Origin: a virus
Lineage: Duplodnaviria > Caudoviricetes
Length of the DNA: 36,273 nucleotides
IMG/VR virus record: IMGVR_UViG_3300030392_000144
Location: 1-36,273 of that record
Direction: 5' to 3' (one strand)
Under the pieces are notes generated by a model. It made no database searches. It was not told where the DNA came from and saw nothing but the letters and a program-made list of their open reading frames with translations. The number at the start of each line of letters is the position of its first letter. Within the stretch, counting starts at the first letter, position 1. This document shows positions 25,847 to 35,360 of the stretch, piece by piece. The translations under genes and the position numbers were made by a program.

Positions 25847-28702
25847 TTATTTTTTTTCTAATGCTTCTACTTTCGCTGTTAGTTCTTGTACTGCTTTAAT
25901 TAATGGTGCTATAAACTGTACATAATCAGCACCTAAATAATCACCTTTATCTGTAATGCCAGCAAAATCTTCATTACTACTTTCCTTTAATACTTCCTGT
26001 ACTTCCTGTGCAATAATACCATATTTTAACTTTTCTGGTTTTTTGTCATTTATAAACTTGTAACTTACTGGTCTAAGTGCATTAACAAATGATAAACCCA
26101 AATCGGTATCATTAATATTTTCTTTTAATCTTTTATCTGAGGTGTTTATTGTACCATTAGCATACATTTCACCATCGCCATCTTGAGACATATACACTTT
26201 AGTTACAGAAGAATTACCAAGTGTTACTGAGTTGTTTACTACTCCTGTTGTACCATTACCTATTACTGTTTGATTTATAGCACCCGAAGCCGAAGGGTCG
26301 GTTTCATTACCAATGCAAGTATTGTTAAGTCCATCCGTAATTGCATCTCCAGCCGCATGACCTACTGCTGTATTTCTATCAGCATCGCCATGAGAAATAG
26401 ATTCTAAAGCTTTGTGTCCTACCGCTGTGTTGTAAATACTCCCAGAGGGTGCTAATTTGAGAGCGTTATAACCGATTGCTGTATTATTAAATCCATCTGT
26501 ATTAGTCATTAATGCTGAAAATCCTACAGCAACATTACCAGCTCCAGATGTGAGGGCTGTAAGTGCAGATTTTCCTATTGCAATAGTACCAGAGGCTTCT
26601 TCTTCTAATGATGCATCTAAAGCAAGACTACCTATAGCAACGCAATCGTTTACAGCTTCTGTACCAATAGCCCCACCCATTGCTGAATATCCAATCGCAA
26701 CATTATCGTCTACTTCAGTTGTAGCATCACCTAATGCGTAAGCTCCAATCATAACATTCTGCAAACCTGTTGTTATGTCTAACCCACATTCAAAGCCCAT
26801 TGCTGTATTGTAAGCATAAGTACCAGAGCCATTTTGGTCTTTTAAAGCTTTATAACCCAAAGCAGTGCTTCCACCCGAGCCATCTTCTGCATTTAATGAT
26901 TCATAACCTATGGCGATATTCCCAGCACCAGTTATAAGACTTCTTGCCGCATCATATCCAATCGCAATTGTTCCGTCAGCATTAGCAGTCGCATTTCCAG
27001 CATACATTGCGTTCTTTCCAATTACTACTGCCCTATCTATGTCTGCTGAATTATATAAAGCCTCTGCCCCGATTACTGTGTTATTTGCCCCAGTCGTTAA
27101 TCCATACGCACTATTGAAACCGAGGGCGATATTCTGATTTGACGATACGACTTGCCCTAAAGAATTTCTACCGATTGCTACGTTAGATTCTGCATCTTGA
27201 ATCGCTATCCCAGCTCCCGACCCCATTACGACATTTCCATGTCCAGAAGTCAAAACATTTAGTGCAGTATATCCGATGCCGACATTATGGTCTGTAGTAG
27301 CAGTAAATGTACCCCTTCCAGCTCTATAGCCTATCATTACGTTCCCATCTGTATCGTGAGAGCCTACGTTTTCGCCAGCCTCTTGTCCAATAAATATATT
27401 CCCAACAGCACCAGCAGCTCCAGGCATCCCAGCTAAATATCCGAATACTGTACTTGATGTTCCTGTGTCATTATTACTTAGAGACATTCGGGAGTTAGCA
27501 TCTAGCTTAAATCTTAACCCATTAGAACCGACCTTAAATTGCATTGTATCTGTGCCAGTAGAAGTGTATATGATACTTCCTTCTGTAGTATCAGCTTCTT
27601 TAAATAAAATCCTTGCTTCATCATTTCCAGCATGGTCAAAAGTCAATACAGCCGCACTATCAGATTCTATTTCTATTCCATGATTCCCGTCAGTTGTTTT
27701 GACGTGAAGGTTTGTTGCTGGGTCACCAGTTCCAATTCCAGTCCACCCATTTTTATTAATGGTCATTCTTTGAGCCATAGCACTTGAACCATCTGCTGTA
27801 GTCCAAAATTCAAGTTGACTAGGTCTATCATTCGTGGTTGCGTTCCAAGTGTCCGTTACAAGACATCTTATCATAGATGATACGCCATCTTCATTTAATG
27901 AAACATCTGTATCGTTACCAGCAAATTTTATCATGCCAAGTTCTGGGTCAGTTGAGGCATCAATCGCAGTAGCTGTGTTTCTTAATACAATAGTTGCTCC
28001 ATCTGAATTGCCACCAGTACCAGCTACTTCTAATAATGTAGAGGCGTTTGTAATGGCTTCTCCAGAATCTATACCAAATCCGGGCGTAGTAGTTCCAATT
28101 CCTACGTTTCCATTAAATGTAGCACTTCCACCACTTCCTATTCCAAAAGTTAAGTTTGTGCCATCTCCAGCTACATTAGAATTACCACCAGCCCAATAAA
28201 CTTGTTTACTACTCTCCAGTTTAATATGATGTTTCGGATTGACTGTACTATCAGATGTAATCCTCATTGCTTCAGCTAATGCACCACTTGTGACTTCAGT
28301 CTTAAATAACAAAGCAGCAGAGTCATTAGCTCCGTCATTTATTGCTTCAATAACCGCAAGCTGACCATCTATAGCTCTATTGCCGAAATTAATCTGACCC
28401 AATGTTCCATTTGTTGCGGATGTATATTGTTCAAAGTACATTGTTGGGTCTGAACCAGCAGGTGCTTTAGCATATAATCTTGAGTTCGTAGTATCAACTA
28501 TAAATATATCACCAGCATCACCATTTTTTCTAATTAATAAGGCTTCTGCATTGGTTACGTCTATTATTGAAGTTCCTTGAATAACTTCATTTGTTGTAAT
28601 TGCGGTACTGCCAGATACAGTTAAATCTGCATCAATAGTTAAATTACCACTTATTGTACCACCTGATGCTATATGTTCGTCAGTTGTTGTTATAAATCCC
28701 AT
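25847..28702 (-). CDS. Tail fibre with YadA-like NxAIG repeats and C-terminal S74 intramolecular chaperone
   Basis: GNVGIGTT motifs; many N(I/V/T)A(I/V)GxxAL repeats; TSDKRLKENI...LRPVSY...GIIAQEV...LIKAVQEL. Confidence 0.9.
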   Translation of the reverse strand: MGFITTTDEHIASGGTISGNLTIDADLTVSGSTAITTNEVIQGTSIIDVTNAEALLIRKNGDAGDIFIVDTTNSRLYAKAPAGSDPTMYFEQYTSATNGTLGQINFGNRAIDGQLAVIEAINDGANDSAALLFKTEVTSGALAEAMRITSDSTVNPKHHIKLESSKQVYWAGGNSNVAGDGTNLTFGIGSGGSATFNGNVGIGTTTPGFGIDSGEAITNASTLLEVAGTGGNSDGATIVLRNTATAIDASTDPELGMIKFAGNDTDVSLNEDGVSSMIRCLVTDTWNATTNDRPSQLEFWTTADGSSAMAQRMTINKNGWTGIGTGDPATNLHVKTTDGNHGIEIESDSAAVLTFDHAGNDEARILFKEADTTEGSIIYTSTGTDTMQFKVGSNGLRFKLDANSRMSLSNNDTGTSSTVFGYLAGMPGAAGAVGNIFIGQEAGENVGSHDTDGNVMIGYRAGRGTFTATTDHNVGIGYTALNVLTSGHGNVVMGSGAGIAIQDAESNVAIGRNSLGQVVSSNQNIALGFNSAYGLTTGANNTVIGAEALYNSADIDRAVVIGKNAMYAGNATANADGTIAIGYDAARSLITGAGNIAIGYESLNAEDGSGGSTALGYKALKDQNGSGTYAYNTAMGFECGLDITTGLQNVMIGAYALGDATTEVDDNVAIGYSAMGGAIGTEAVNDCVAIGSLALDASLEEEASGTIAIGKSALTALTSGAGNVAVGFSALMTNTDGFNNTAIGYNALKLAPSGSIYNTAVGHKALESISHGDADRNTAVGHAAGDAITDGLNNTCIGNETDPSASGAINQTVIGNGTTGVVNNSVTLGNSSVTKVYMSQDGDGEMYANGTINTSDKRLKENINDTDLGLSFVNALRPVSYKFINDKKPEKLKYGIIAQEVQEVLKESSNEDFAGITDKGDYLGADYVQFIAPLIKAVQELTAKVEALEKK

Positions 28703-28711
28703 AATTTACTC

Positions 28712-29056
28712 CTAACCTAATATATATCTAATAGTACAATCTGAGCTACCTTTACGTTCCCATTGAAGATGTATTTCATCTCCATCTTTATCGTATATTC
28801 CGTGAGGTATTTTTAACGAGTATATAGTATCTCCACCTTTTAAATATAAATCGTTAGATGTACTTAAAGCATCTGAACTTGAAGTTTTAAAAGTAAAGTA
28901 AAAATCTTCGTCTGATTGTAGGTGTATTGTATGATAACCATCTACTCTAACTGTAGAGGCGGTTGAACCAACTGTAGCCACAGATTGAACTTGCCAATCT
29001 CCTGCAGTTTCTACGGCTAATGATTCGTGAGCTCTAAATTTTTGTACGTTTGCCAT
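28712..29056 (-). CDS. Putative small virion protein
   Basis: AGGAG RBS; beta-rich; lies between the adaptor-like genes and the fibre. Confidence 0.6.
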   Translation of the reverse strand: MANVQKFRAHESLAVETAGDWQVQSVATVGSTASTVRVDGYHTIHLQSDEDFYFTFKTSSSDALSTSNDLYLKGGDTIYSLKIPHGIYDKDGDEIHLQWERKGSSDCTIRYILG

Positions 29057-29113
29057 TCTATTCTCCTATTAAATTAACTTAGCTTGCGGGGCGAGAATGC
29101 TCCCTATCTAAGA

Positions 29114-29545
29114 TTACATTAAACTAACTGATTTCAGTACTCTACTTCCACCAGTTTTATCACGTTTTCTCATTCCATATCTTTTTATGGATTCATTGAA
29201 TTTTAATTGATGACTATTTGATAATTGCATTGATGTAGATACTATGTTAGGGTCTGAAGCATTTCCAGCCTTATCCATGTATAAACATTTTTTAACATAA
29301 TCAACTATCGCTAAATGCATTGTATTATCTAAATCTAAGTCATCATTAATAGATACTACACTATTTGGTTCAGCATAATAATGAAGTAATAACCCATCGG
29401 TTACAGCTTCAGATATAGCCTTCCATTGTTTTCTTTCTGTAGTTCTTGTATTACCATCGCTATCAACATTTGTAATAAGGCATATCTTATCACCTTCTAT
29501 AAACCATCTAGCTCTATCATCTGGATATTTAATATTACTTGCCAT
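29114..29545 (-). CDS. Adaptor-like protein, C-terminal half
   Basis: LHYYAEP...LDLDNTMHLAIVDYV resembles the C-half of podoviral head-tail adaptors. Confidence 0.5.
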   Translation of the reverse strand: MASNIKYPDDRARWFIEGDKICLITNVDSDGNTRTTERKQWKAISEAVTDGLLLHYYAEPNSVVSINDDLDLDNTMHLAIVDYVKKCLYMDKAGNASDPNIVSTSMQLSNSHQLKFNESIKRYGMRKRDKTGGSRVLKSVSLM

Positions 29546-29904
29546 TATCTATCATCCGGTGTTGTAAGAGCTGACTCACTTGAATCAGCATCCATTAATA
29601 AAATATTTTTATCTATAAGTCTTGGAATCTGTATATAATCTCCATCTTCATCCATCAAATCTACTCTATAAACCTTATTAGCTTCAAGGTTATTTCCGCT
29701 AGAATCTTTAGCATCATCTCCTATTTTGTACCACATTTGGTCTGCAACTGTACTTAATTTAGATTGTACTGGTTTTGTACTATGCATCCCAATTTCTACT
29801 AAAGCATCGTTTACGAGATTTAAAACATAATTCTCAGGAACTGCTGGAAATATTTGATGTATCCTACTTATAAGTTGTTTTACTGATATTTTATGTACTG
29901 ACAT
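29545..29904 (-). CDS. Adaptor-like protein, N-terminal half
   Basis: SVKQLISRI...LNLVNDALVEI...TVADQMWY resembles the N-half of adaptors. Confidence 0.5.
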   Translation of the reverse strand: MSVHKISVKQLISRIHQIFPAVPENYVLNLVNDALVEIGMHSTKPVQSKLSTVADQMWYKIGDDAKDSSGNNLEANKVYRVDLMDEDGDYIQIPRLIDKNILLMDADSSESALTTPDDR

Positions 29905-31088
29905 TAGTCTTTATATCCACTTAAAAATTTTTGAACTCCACTTTCATAATCCGCTTTAAACATTTCTATTCTTCCAGACATCCATTGATATTCTTGTGTC
30001 TTTTCAGCAATTTCTTGTGAATATGTTTGTACTTCCGCACTTACAAGAGCTTGATATTTTGAAGAGTCTGTTGATACTCTATTTAATTCTAATGTATAAT
30101 CTTGTATCGCAGCTTGTAAAGTCATATCAGCTTCTTTTTGAGCATCTTGCATATTTATTTTAGATTGTTCTAAATTTCTTTGAATACCAGCTTGATAAAC
30201 TACATTTGCTTCGTTAAAAGTATTTAAAGAATCTGTAAGAGCTAATTGATAAGAATTAAGATATGTAGAAATTTTTTGTATTTGAGCACTCGCTAATTCA
30301 ACATCTTCTTGGTCTTCTATTAAATCACCAGCAACTGAAAACCATTTAGAAAAATTTAAAAAATCAGCATCTGTTCCAGAACCAGAACTATCAGCATCCA
30401 TTGTAGCTGTTAATGATTCAGTAACTCCACCTACTGTTGGAGGAGTATAAGAAGGAGCTGTTGGTAAAGCGGCAATAGCAATAGCTGATACAGAACCACC
30501 AGATATACTAGGAGCACTAGGAATTGTAGCGGGTGCAGATGCACTTAAACTAAATGTACTAATGTTTATAGCTCCTAATGCATTTTGTAATGATTTTATA
30601 CATCCGTATAAAACAACAAGGTATTCAGCTTCATCTGGAAAAACTGCAATTGCACTATCTCCAAAAGCTACTGCGGGATATTGTACTTCATCATACTTAC
30701 ATGAACCACCTTCAGGAAGAACATTAATTTTATTATTTTGAGTATAGAATACAGGGTCAGTTACAGAAGCGTATCCCATATCATCAGGGTCAGTTACATG
30801 ACCTTTATCATCTGCTCTTATTCTTCGACATACTCTATCAAAATCTCCATCACTTCTATATACTCTAAGTATTTTACCTGTACTCATTGTTTCAGATTCA
30901 CTATTTGGAGCAGTTGATGTAAATGATTGTACAGAAGCACACCAATCAAGAAGATTGGGTGGAAGAATGTTTATTATTTCTTTAGCCCCATCAGTAAGAA
31001 ATTGAGTTAATTCAGTTTGAGTAGGAGCGGTATCTCCAGCTATTGCTAAACTTGTCAAACCTTCTACTTGAACTTCAAATGTAGCCAT
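29904..31088 (-). CDS. Adaptor-like virion protein with long Ser/Ala/Pro and coiled-coil insert
   Basis: ELTQFLTDGAKEII...DPVFY...FPDEAEYLVVLYG, then about 200 aa of low-complexity and helical sequence. Confidence 0.5.
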   Translation of the reverse strand: MATFEVQVEGLTSLAIAGDTAPTQTELTQFLTDGAKEIINILPPNLLDWCASVQSFTSTAPNSESETMSTGKILRVYRSDGDFDRVCRRIRADDKGHVTDPDDMGYASVTDPVFYTQNNKINVLPEGGSCKYDEVQYPAVAFGDSAIAVFPDEAEYLVVLYGCIKSLQNALGAINISTFSLSASAPATIPSAPSISGGSVSAIAIAALPTAPSYTPPTVGGVTESLTATMDADSSGSGTDADFLNFSKWFSVAGDLIEDQEDVELASAQIQKISTYLNSYQLALTDSLNTFNEANVVYQAGIQRNLEQSKINMQDAQKEADMTLQAAIQDYTLELNRVSTDSSKYQALVSAEVQTYSQEIAEKTQEYQWMSGRIEMFKADYESGVQKFLSGYKD

Positions 31089-31534
31089 TAAGCACTCGCT
31101 ACAATCATTTCAATATCAACTGCATTACCACCGGGATTACATGATATTTTTGTTAAATCTGTCATTGTTCCAAAACTAGGAGACGTATCAGCTTCCGCTA
31201 ATAAAAGAGCTGTTCCACTTCCAAGAATATGACTTTGATTAGCAGCTAAAGTAACTTGATAATTAGTAGCTGAACCAACAATTCCAATTTCAACTGCGTT
31301 TGTACTATCTAGGTTTGTTATTCTAATGTATTTACAGTTTTCAACATCTAAAGCCCCACTTGCATCGTAAGTATCAGTAGAAAATACAACAACTGTTGTA
31401 GTGTTACTAGCTGGGCAAGTAACAATTCGTTTATAAATATCAGTTATACTACCTATCTCTAATGTTCTTTTAGAACCATAGTTTTGATTATCTAGTATAA
31501 TGTCTTCTTGTATTTTTACTTTTAATGTAGCCAT
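31088..31534 (-). CDS. Putative virion protein
   Basis: ORF track; KYIRITNLDSTN; beta-rich. Confidence 0.6.
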   Translation of the reverse strand: MATLKVKIQEDIILDNQNYGSKRTLEIGSITDIYKRIVTCPASNTTTVVVFSTDTYDASGALDVENCKYIRITNLDSTNAVEIGIVGSATNYQVTLAANQSHILGSGTALLLAEADTSPSFGTMTDLTKISCNPGGNAVDIEMIVASA

Positions 31535-31536
31535 TG

Positions 31537-31692
31537 TTATTTCTTCTTCTTAGCTGTTCTTTTTGATTTTTTAAATGCTTTTGCAGTTGGAGCACCCTTA
31601 GTACCGGGTTTTCTCATTTTTTCACCACTACCAGCTTTAATACGTTTACGTTTTGCATGGATATTTGCATATAAACCTTTTTTCTTTGGCAT
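31537..31692 (-). CDS. 51-aa very basic protein (not in ORF track)
   Basis: MPKKKGLYANIHAKRKRIKAGSGEKMRKPGTKGAPTAKAFKKSKRTAKKKK; TAATG-coupled. Confidence 0.8.
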   Translation of the reverse strand: MPKKKGLYANIHAKRKRIKAGSGEKMRKPGTKGAPTAKAFKKSKRTAKKKK

Positions 31693-31874
31693 TATTTTTT
31701 TCTCCAACTTTTTTTAGCATTAACTTTAGATTTTTTACTTAACTTTCCAAAGTGATATAGTTTTTTAGATGATTTAGTATGAGTTTTACCACTATGCAAA
31801 TCACCATTTTTCATTTTATGCATACTACCTTTCCAAGTTTTTCCTTCTTTTGTATAATGTCTTACACCTTTCAT
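31692..31874 (-). CDS. 60-aa basic His/Lys-rich protein
   Basis: HKMKNGDLHSGKTHTKSSKKLYH. Confidence 0.75.
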   Translation of the reverse strand: MKGVRHYTKEGKTWKGSMHKMKNGDLHSGKTHTKSSKKLYHFGKLSKKSKVNAKKSWRKK

Positions 31875-31876
31875 AA

Positions 31877-32197
31877 TTACTTTTTTTTCTTCTTAGCTTT
31901 ATTTCGTTTACTTATTCCGGCCGCTTTTCTTTTTGCATCCGCTTTTGAACTAGCTCCCCATGCTCGTAAAGAAAGTAAAAGTCGTGTTGGTTTACCATTT
32001 TTCTTTTCTGGGCCAGCCATTCCTCCCATACGAGCTAAAAAAGAAGCCCTTCTAGGATTATCACCTGATTTAACAGGTGCTTTTAATGTTCCACCTGTTT
32101 GTTTTTTATAACTAGCTCTTCCTTTTGCGTTTAAACTGCCTTTAGGATTTTTACCTGCTTTTCTAGTCCACGCTGGAGATTTCTTTTTAGTAGGCAT
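31877..32197 (-). CDS. Basic protein, DUF6321-like
   Basis: AWTRKAGKNPKGSLNAKGRASY...RRASFLARM...SLRAWG. Confidence 0.75.
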   Translation of the reverse strand: MPTKKKSPAWTRKAGKNPKGSLNAKGRASYKKQTGGTLKAPVKSGDNPRRASFLARMGGMAGPEKKNGKPTRLLLSLRAWGASSKADAKRKAAGISKRNKAKKKKK

Positions 32198-32295
32198 TAT
32201 TTCTTCTTTTTCTTAGCCATTCGTTTTTTTGCTTTTGCCGCTGCTTCTTTTCCCTTCTTAGTATAAGGGTATGTTTTTTTTCCGACCTTTGGCAT
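32197..32295 (-). CDS. 32-aa very basic peptide (not in ORF track)
   Basis: MPKVGKKTYPYTKKGKEAAAKAKKRMAKKKKK; AGGA upstream; TAATG-coupled to the next gene. Confidence 0.7.
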   Translation of the reverse strand: MPKVGKKTYPYTKKGKEAAAKAKKRMAKKKKK

Positions 32296-32485
32296 AATTT
32301 TTCCTATTCATGTTTTTAATATCTTCCTCAACTGTTGTATTAGTTAATTCAATATCGGTTCTTTTTGCTAATTTACTCATCATGAATAAATTAGTCGTAA
32401 ACTTAGATTCAGATGTTTTATTACCGCAATTTCTGCAATTAAACCATCTTTCTGGATTAGGAGATTCACAATGAACACAATTCAT
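32258..32485 (-). CDS. Zn-ribbon protein
   Basis: CVHC...CRNC at the N-terminus. Confidence 0.65.
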   Translation of the reverse strand: MNCVHCESPNPERWFNCRNCGNKTSESKFTTNLFMMSKLAKRTDIELTNTTVEEDIKNMNRKNYAKGRKKNIPLY

Positions 32486-32688
32486 TAAGCTCCACCAACA
32501 ACCATAGTTAGTATCCTATCCCCATTTAATTGAGTATGGGTAATAGATAGAATTTTATTATTTGTAGAATCTAATGTTTCTACGTAATCTTTTATATCCC
32601 TAGCTAAAGTACCAGCATCATTCGCTTCAGTACTTGTATTAGCGTGATGAAGAAAAACTTTTACTTTAACATTATTGTATACTGCCAT
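32485..32688 (-). CDS. Hypothetical protein
   Basis: GGAG RBS; ORF track. Confidence 0.65.
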   Translation of the reverse strand: MAVYNNVKVKVFLHHANTSTEANDAGTLARDIKDYVETLDSTNNKILSITHTQLNGDRILTMVVGGA

Positions 32689-32782
32689 GACATCTCCAAT
32701 TTAATTTTTTTTAGATTTGGGGGTCGCCCTTTATACGACAACCCCCACAGTTCTAAGGACTGTTTAACTTTATGTATTTAGT

Positions 32783-33232
32783 TTATGAAGTAGTAACAGC
32801 TCCATCTTTACCAGATTGACCATTTAAAAACCAATGACCACCATAAGCGTCGAGTTCTATAAAGTCACCTTTTAATGCAGATGTTCCTAAAATAACATTA
32901 GATACACCAGTTGCACCATCGGCACTTGAACCCGGGCCATCATCGCTAGTATCAACTTCGGTTTCATTAATCTTACCGAATACAATTGCACTACCAGCAG
33001 CAAGTGTTATCGCTGCGGTTGGAGTGTTTTCTTGTACCCAGAATTTATAATTTACTCCGTCTTCAATATCAGCACCAGTTGGTAAAGTAATTGAAAAAGC
33101 ACCACCAGAAGATTCTAAGTAAAACTCTTTTCCACTATCAACTTCAGTAAGGGTTCTTGCGACTCCTATAAGTTCTACTTTTTTCTTCCAATCAGTATGT
33201 TGGCTGTTTTGATTTAGCACGTCACTTCTCAT
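32783..33232 (-). CDS. Putative capsid decoration / minor capsid protein
   Basis: Directly after the major capsid gene; TLTEVDSGK...ITLP...GVNYKF; ATG at 33232 with a GGAGG RBS. Confidence 0.6.
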   Translation of the reverse strand: MRSDVLNQNSQHTDWKKKVELIGVARTLTEVDSGKEFYLESSGGAFSITLPTGADIEDGVNYKFWVQENTPTAAITLAAGSAIVFGKINETEVDTSDDGPGSSADGATGVSNVILGTSALKGDFIELDAYGGHWFLNGQSGKDGAVTTS

Positions 33233-33233
33233 T

Positions 33234-34589
33234 TTACACACCCTCCAAATTAATTAAAGCATGAGTTTCAGGAAGAGAAACTTCAAGACCTGCTTCTGTA
33301 AGAATCATGTCTTTTCTCAAATCTTCATCTGCTGCTTGAACATTTGTTTGGATAGAGGTATCACGATTAATACCATTACCAACAAGAGGTCGATAAGATA
33401 CATGGTCTAAATCAACCATACACATAAACCCTGCTGACATACCTCTAAATAAAGGTTCTTTAACTAGAGAAATATCACCATGAACAGTTTCAATCTTCAT
33501 AATACGATGTCCAAATGAACCTGTACTTTTTTCAAAGTTATAAGCGATAGATGCCGCATCAGTTGCAACAGCCATACTATTATCAATAAACCCACTTAAT
33601 TTATTAAAGTGTGAAATTACAGGAAGACTAGCTAATGCTAGTTTTGATGTACTTCCACCCCTTGCTGGGTCAAATATAACTTCAAAATCAGAAAGTAAGT
33701 CATCATAAGTCCATTGTGCGGCTGTATTAGATTTTAAATAAGCCTTATCTTCTGTATAAGATAATTGACTTCCATCTAATACTGCTTGAGATTGAGAGTT
33801 TGCAATTATATGACCTGCGATACCATCAGTATAATTAATACTGTTAGCAGTTCCACGCATACCAAATAACATCGCACGTTCAATGTCAACCTTATGTTCT
33901 CTTAGTTTAAGATTCCAGATACGTTGCCATTCGTCAGCGTATCCACGATAAACTTGTGCTCGAGCTGTATTACTCATTTCACAAGCTGTTTTAAAAATCT
34001 GAGTATATCCATAGTCATGGTCTAATTTTTGAGACCATACGTCTGGAGCCCCAGAACCTTCTTCAAATGCAGTTCCGATAACTGTACACTTCGTATTATT
34101 ATCAACAGCCGTGGTAGAACCATTAGCTGCGGCGATAGTAGTTACGTTTGCTGTAGTTACTGTGGCAGATGATTGAACAACACTATTAACTCGAACAGTT
34201 ACCCATTCAGGTTGAGATGTTGAATCATCGTCTTCACCAATAGAAACAACCATACCGGGAATAAGCCATGCGACATTAGCCCCGCCTTCGGTATCAAATG
34301 TTACTGATGTTGCACTTCCAGCGGCAGCAACTGTAACAGCTGCTTGAGCTAGAAAAGCCCTATCAGTAATAGATACTTTTGTTCTATCTTCTAAAAATCG
34401 AAACTGAGAATCTGTAGTAGGCACTTTTGCTACTTTTGACAGATATACGAAAAATGGAGACTCATCGGGGGATAGTTCTGCTACCCTATCACTAAAGTCG
34501 AATAATCGTCTTGTGTGAAAATCAGTATTAGATGTCCCCGCAGTTCTTGCGCCATTTGCCGATAAACTGCCTGCACTATATGTTGCCAT
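33234..34589 (-). CDS. Major capsid protein (HK97 fold, SU10/DUF5309-like)
   Basis: SPFFVYLSK, FRFLED, YTQIFKT, HKVDIERAMLFG, EAGLEV..PETHA; portal-scaffold-capsid gene order. Confidence 0.85.
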   Translation of the reverse strand: MATYSAGSLSANGARTAGTSNTDFHTRRLFDFSDRVAELSPDESPFFVYLSKVAKVPTTDSQFRFLEDRTKVSITDRAFLAQAAVTVAAAGSATSVTFDTEGGANVAWLIPGMVVSIGEDDDSTSQPEWVTVRVNSVVQSSATVTTANVTTIAAANGSTTAVDNNTKCTVIGTAFEEGSGAPDVWSQKLDHDYGYTQIFKTACEMSNTARAQVYRGYADEWQRIWNLKLREHKVDIERAMLFGMRGTANSINYTDGIAGHIIANSQSQAVLDGSQLSYTEDKAYLKSNTAAQWTYDDLLSDFEVIFDPARGGSTSKLALASLPVISHFNKLSGFIDNSMAVATDAASIAYNFEKSTGSFGHRIMKIETVHGDISLVKEPLFRGMSAGFMCMVDLDHVSYRPLVGNGINRDTSIQTNVQAADEDLRKDMILTEAGLEVSLPETHALINLEGV

Positions 34590-34616
34590 ATTCAGTACTC
34601 CTTAGTTTATTCATTA

Positions 34617-35339
34617 TTATAACACTTTACTTCTGCTTCCCGCTCTTAATATAGAATCCCACATCACATCTTTTTCAGACTTTGGTTGATTGGCCTCTTG
34701 GCCTTGTAGGACTCCTGCTGTACGAGGAGCTTCTTTAGCGGCTTGAACCGCTTCAAATGAACTAGGAACTGGTTCATTAGATGGCAAAACGGCAGATTGT
34801 TGATTCTTTGATTTAAAAACATCAACTAACGTATCCAGAGTCATGCTGCTACCCGGGTCAGTTGACCATTCCATAAATTCACGAACCTCTGATTCTGTCA
34901 TCTTATGACTATTTCTTAGGTCATTCATTGTATTATTGATTAACAGTTGCTCTTGCATTTGAGCATTTTGTTGACCCATAGCCTGATTTACAACTTCTTG
35001 TTCTTTTTGTTCTCTGAACTTGAAACTTGCTGAATCAGGTTTATAATACGCATCCCACGGATTAAATTCATCCTCGGGTAAAGAAGTTTGGTTATTAACA
35101 ATGGATTGCCTCTGATTAATGGCTCCAGCTATTTGTTCCATATCTTGTTTCATCTTAGAATTTTCAGCCTTTTGTTTATCATACATTGACTGAAATTTTC
35201 TAGTTTCATTTTCCCAATCTACTTGAAAGTTTTCACTATTGGATACACCTTTATCAGCTACAGGGACATTTTCATATCCAAGTTCTTCATTATATCCATT
35301 ATTATCTAATACCTGTTCTTCTTGATTGATTTCACTCAT
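34617..35339 (-). CDS. Capsid scaffolding protein
   Basis: Acidic, Gln-rich coiled coil between portal and capsid genes; AAGGAG RBS. Confidence 0.7.
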   Translation of the reverse strand: MSEINQEEQVLDNNGYNEELGYENVPVADKGVSNSENFQVDWENETRKFQSMYDKQKAENSKMKQDMEQIAGAINQRQSIVNNQTSLPEDEFNPWDAYYKPDSASFKFREQKEQEVVNQAMGQQNAQMQEQLLINNTMNDLRNSHKMTESEVREFMEWSTDPGSSMTLDTLVDVFKSKNQQSAVLPSNEPVPSSFEAVQAAKEAPRTAGVLQGQEANQPKSEKDVMWDSILRAGSRSKVL

Positions 35340-35360
35340 TATTATCTCCTTGCAATATCC

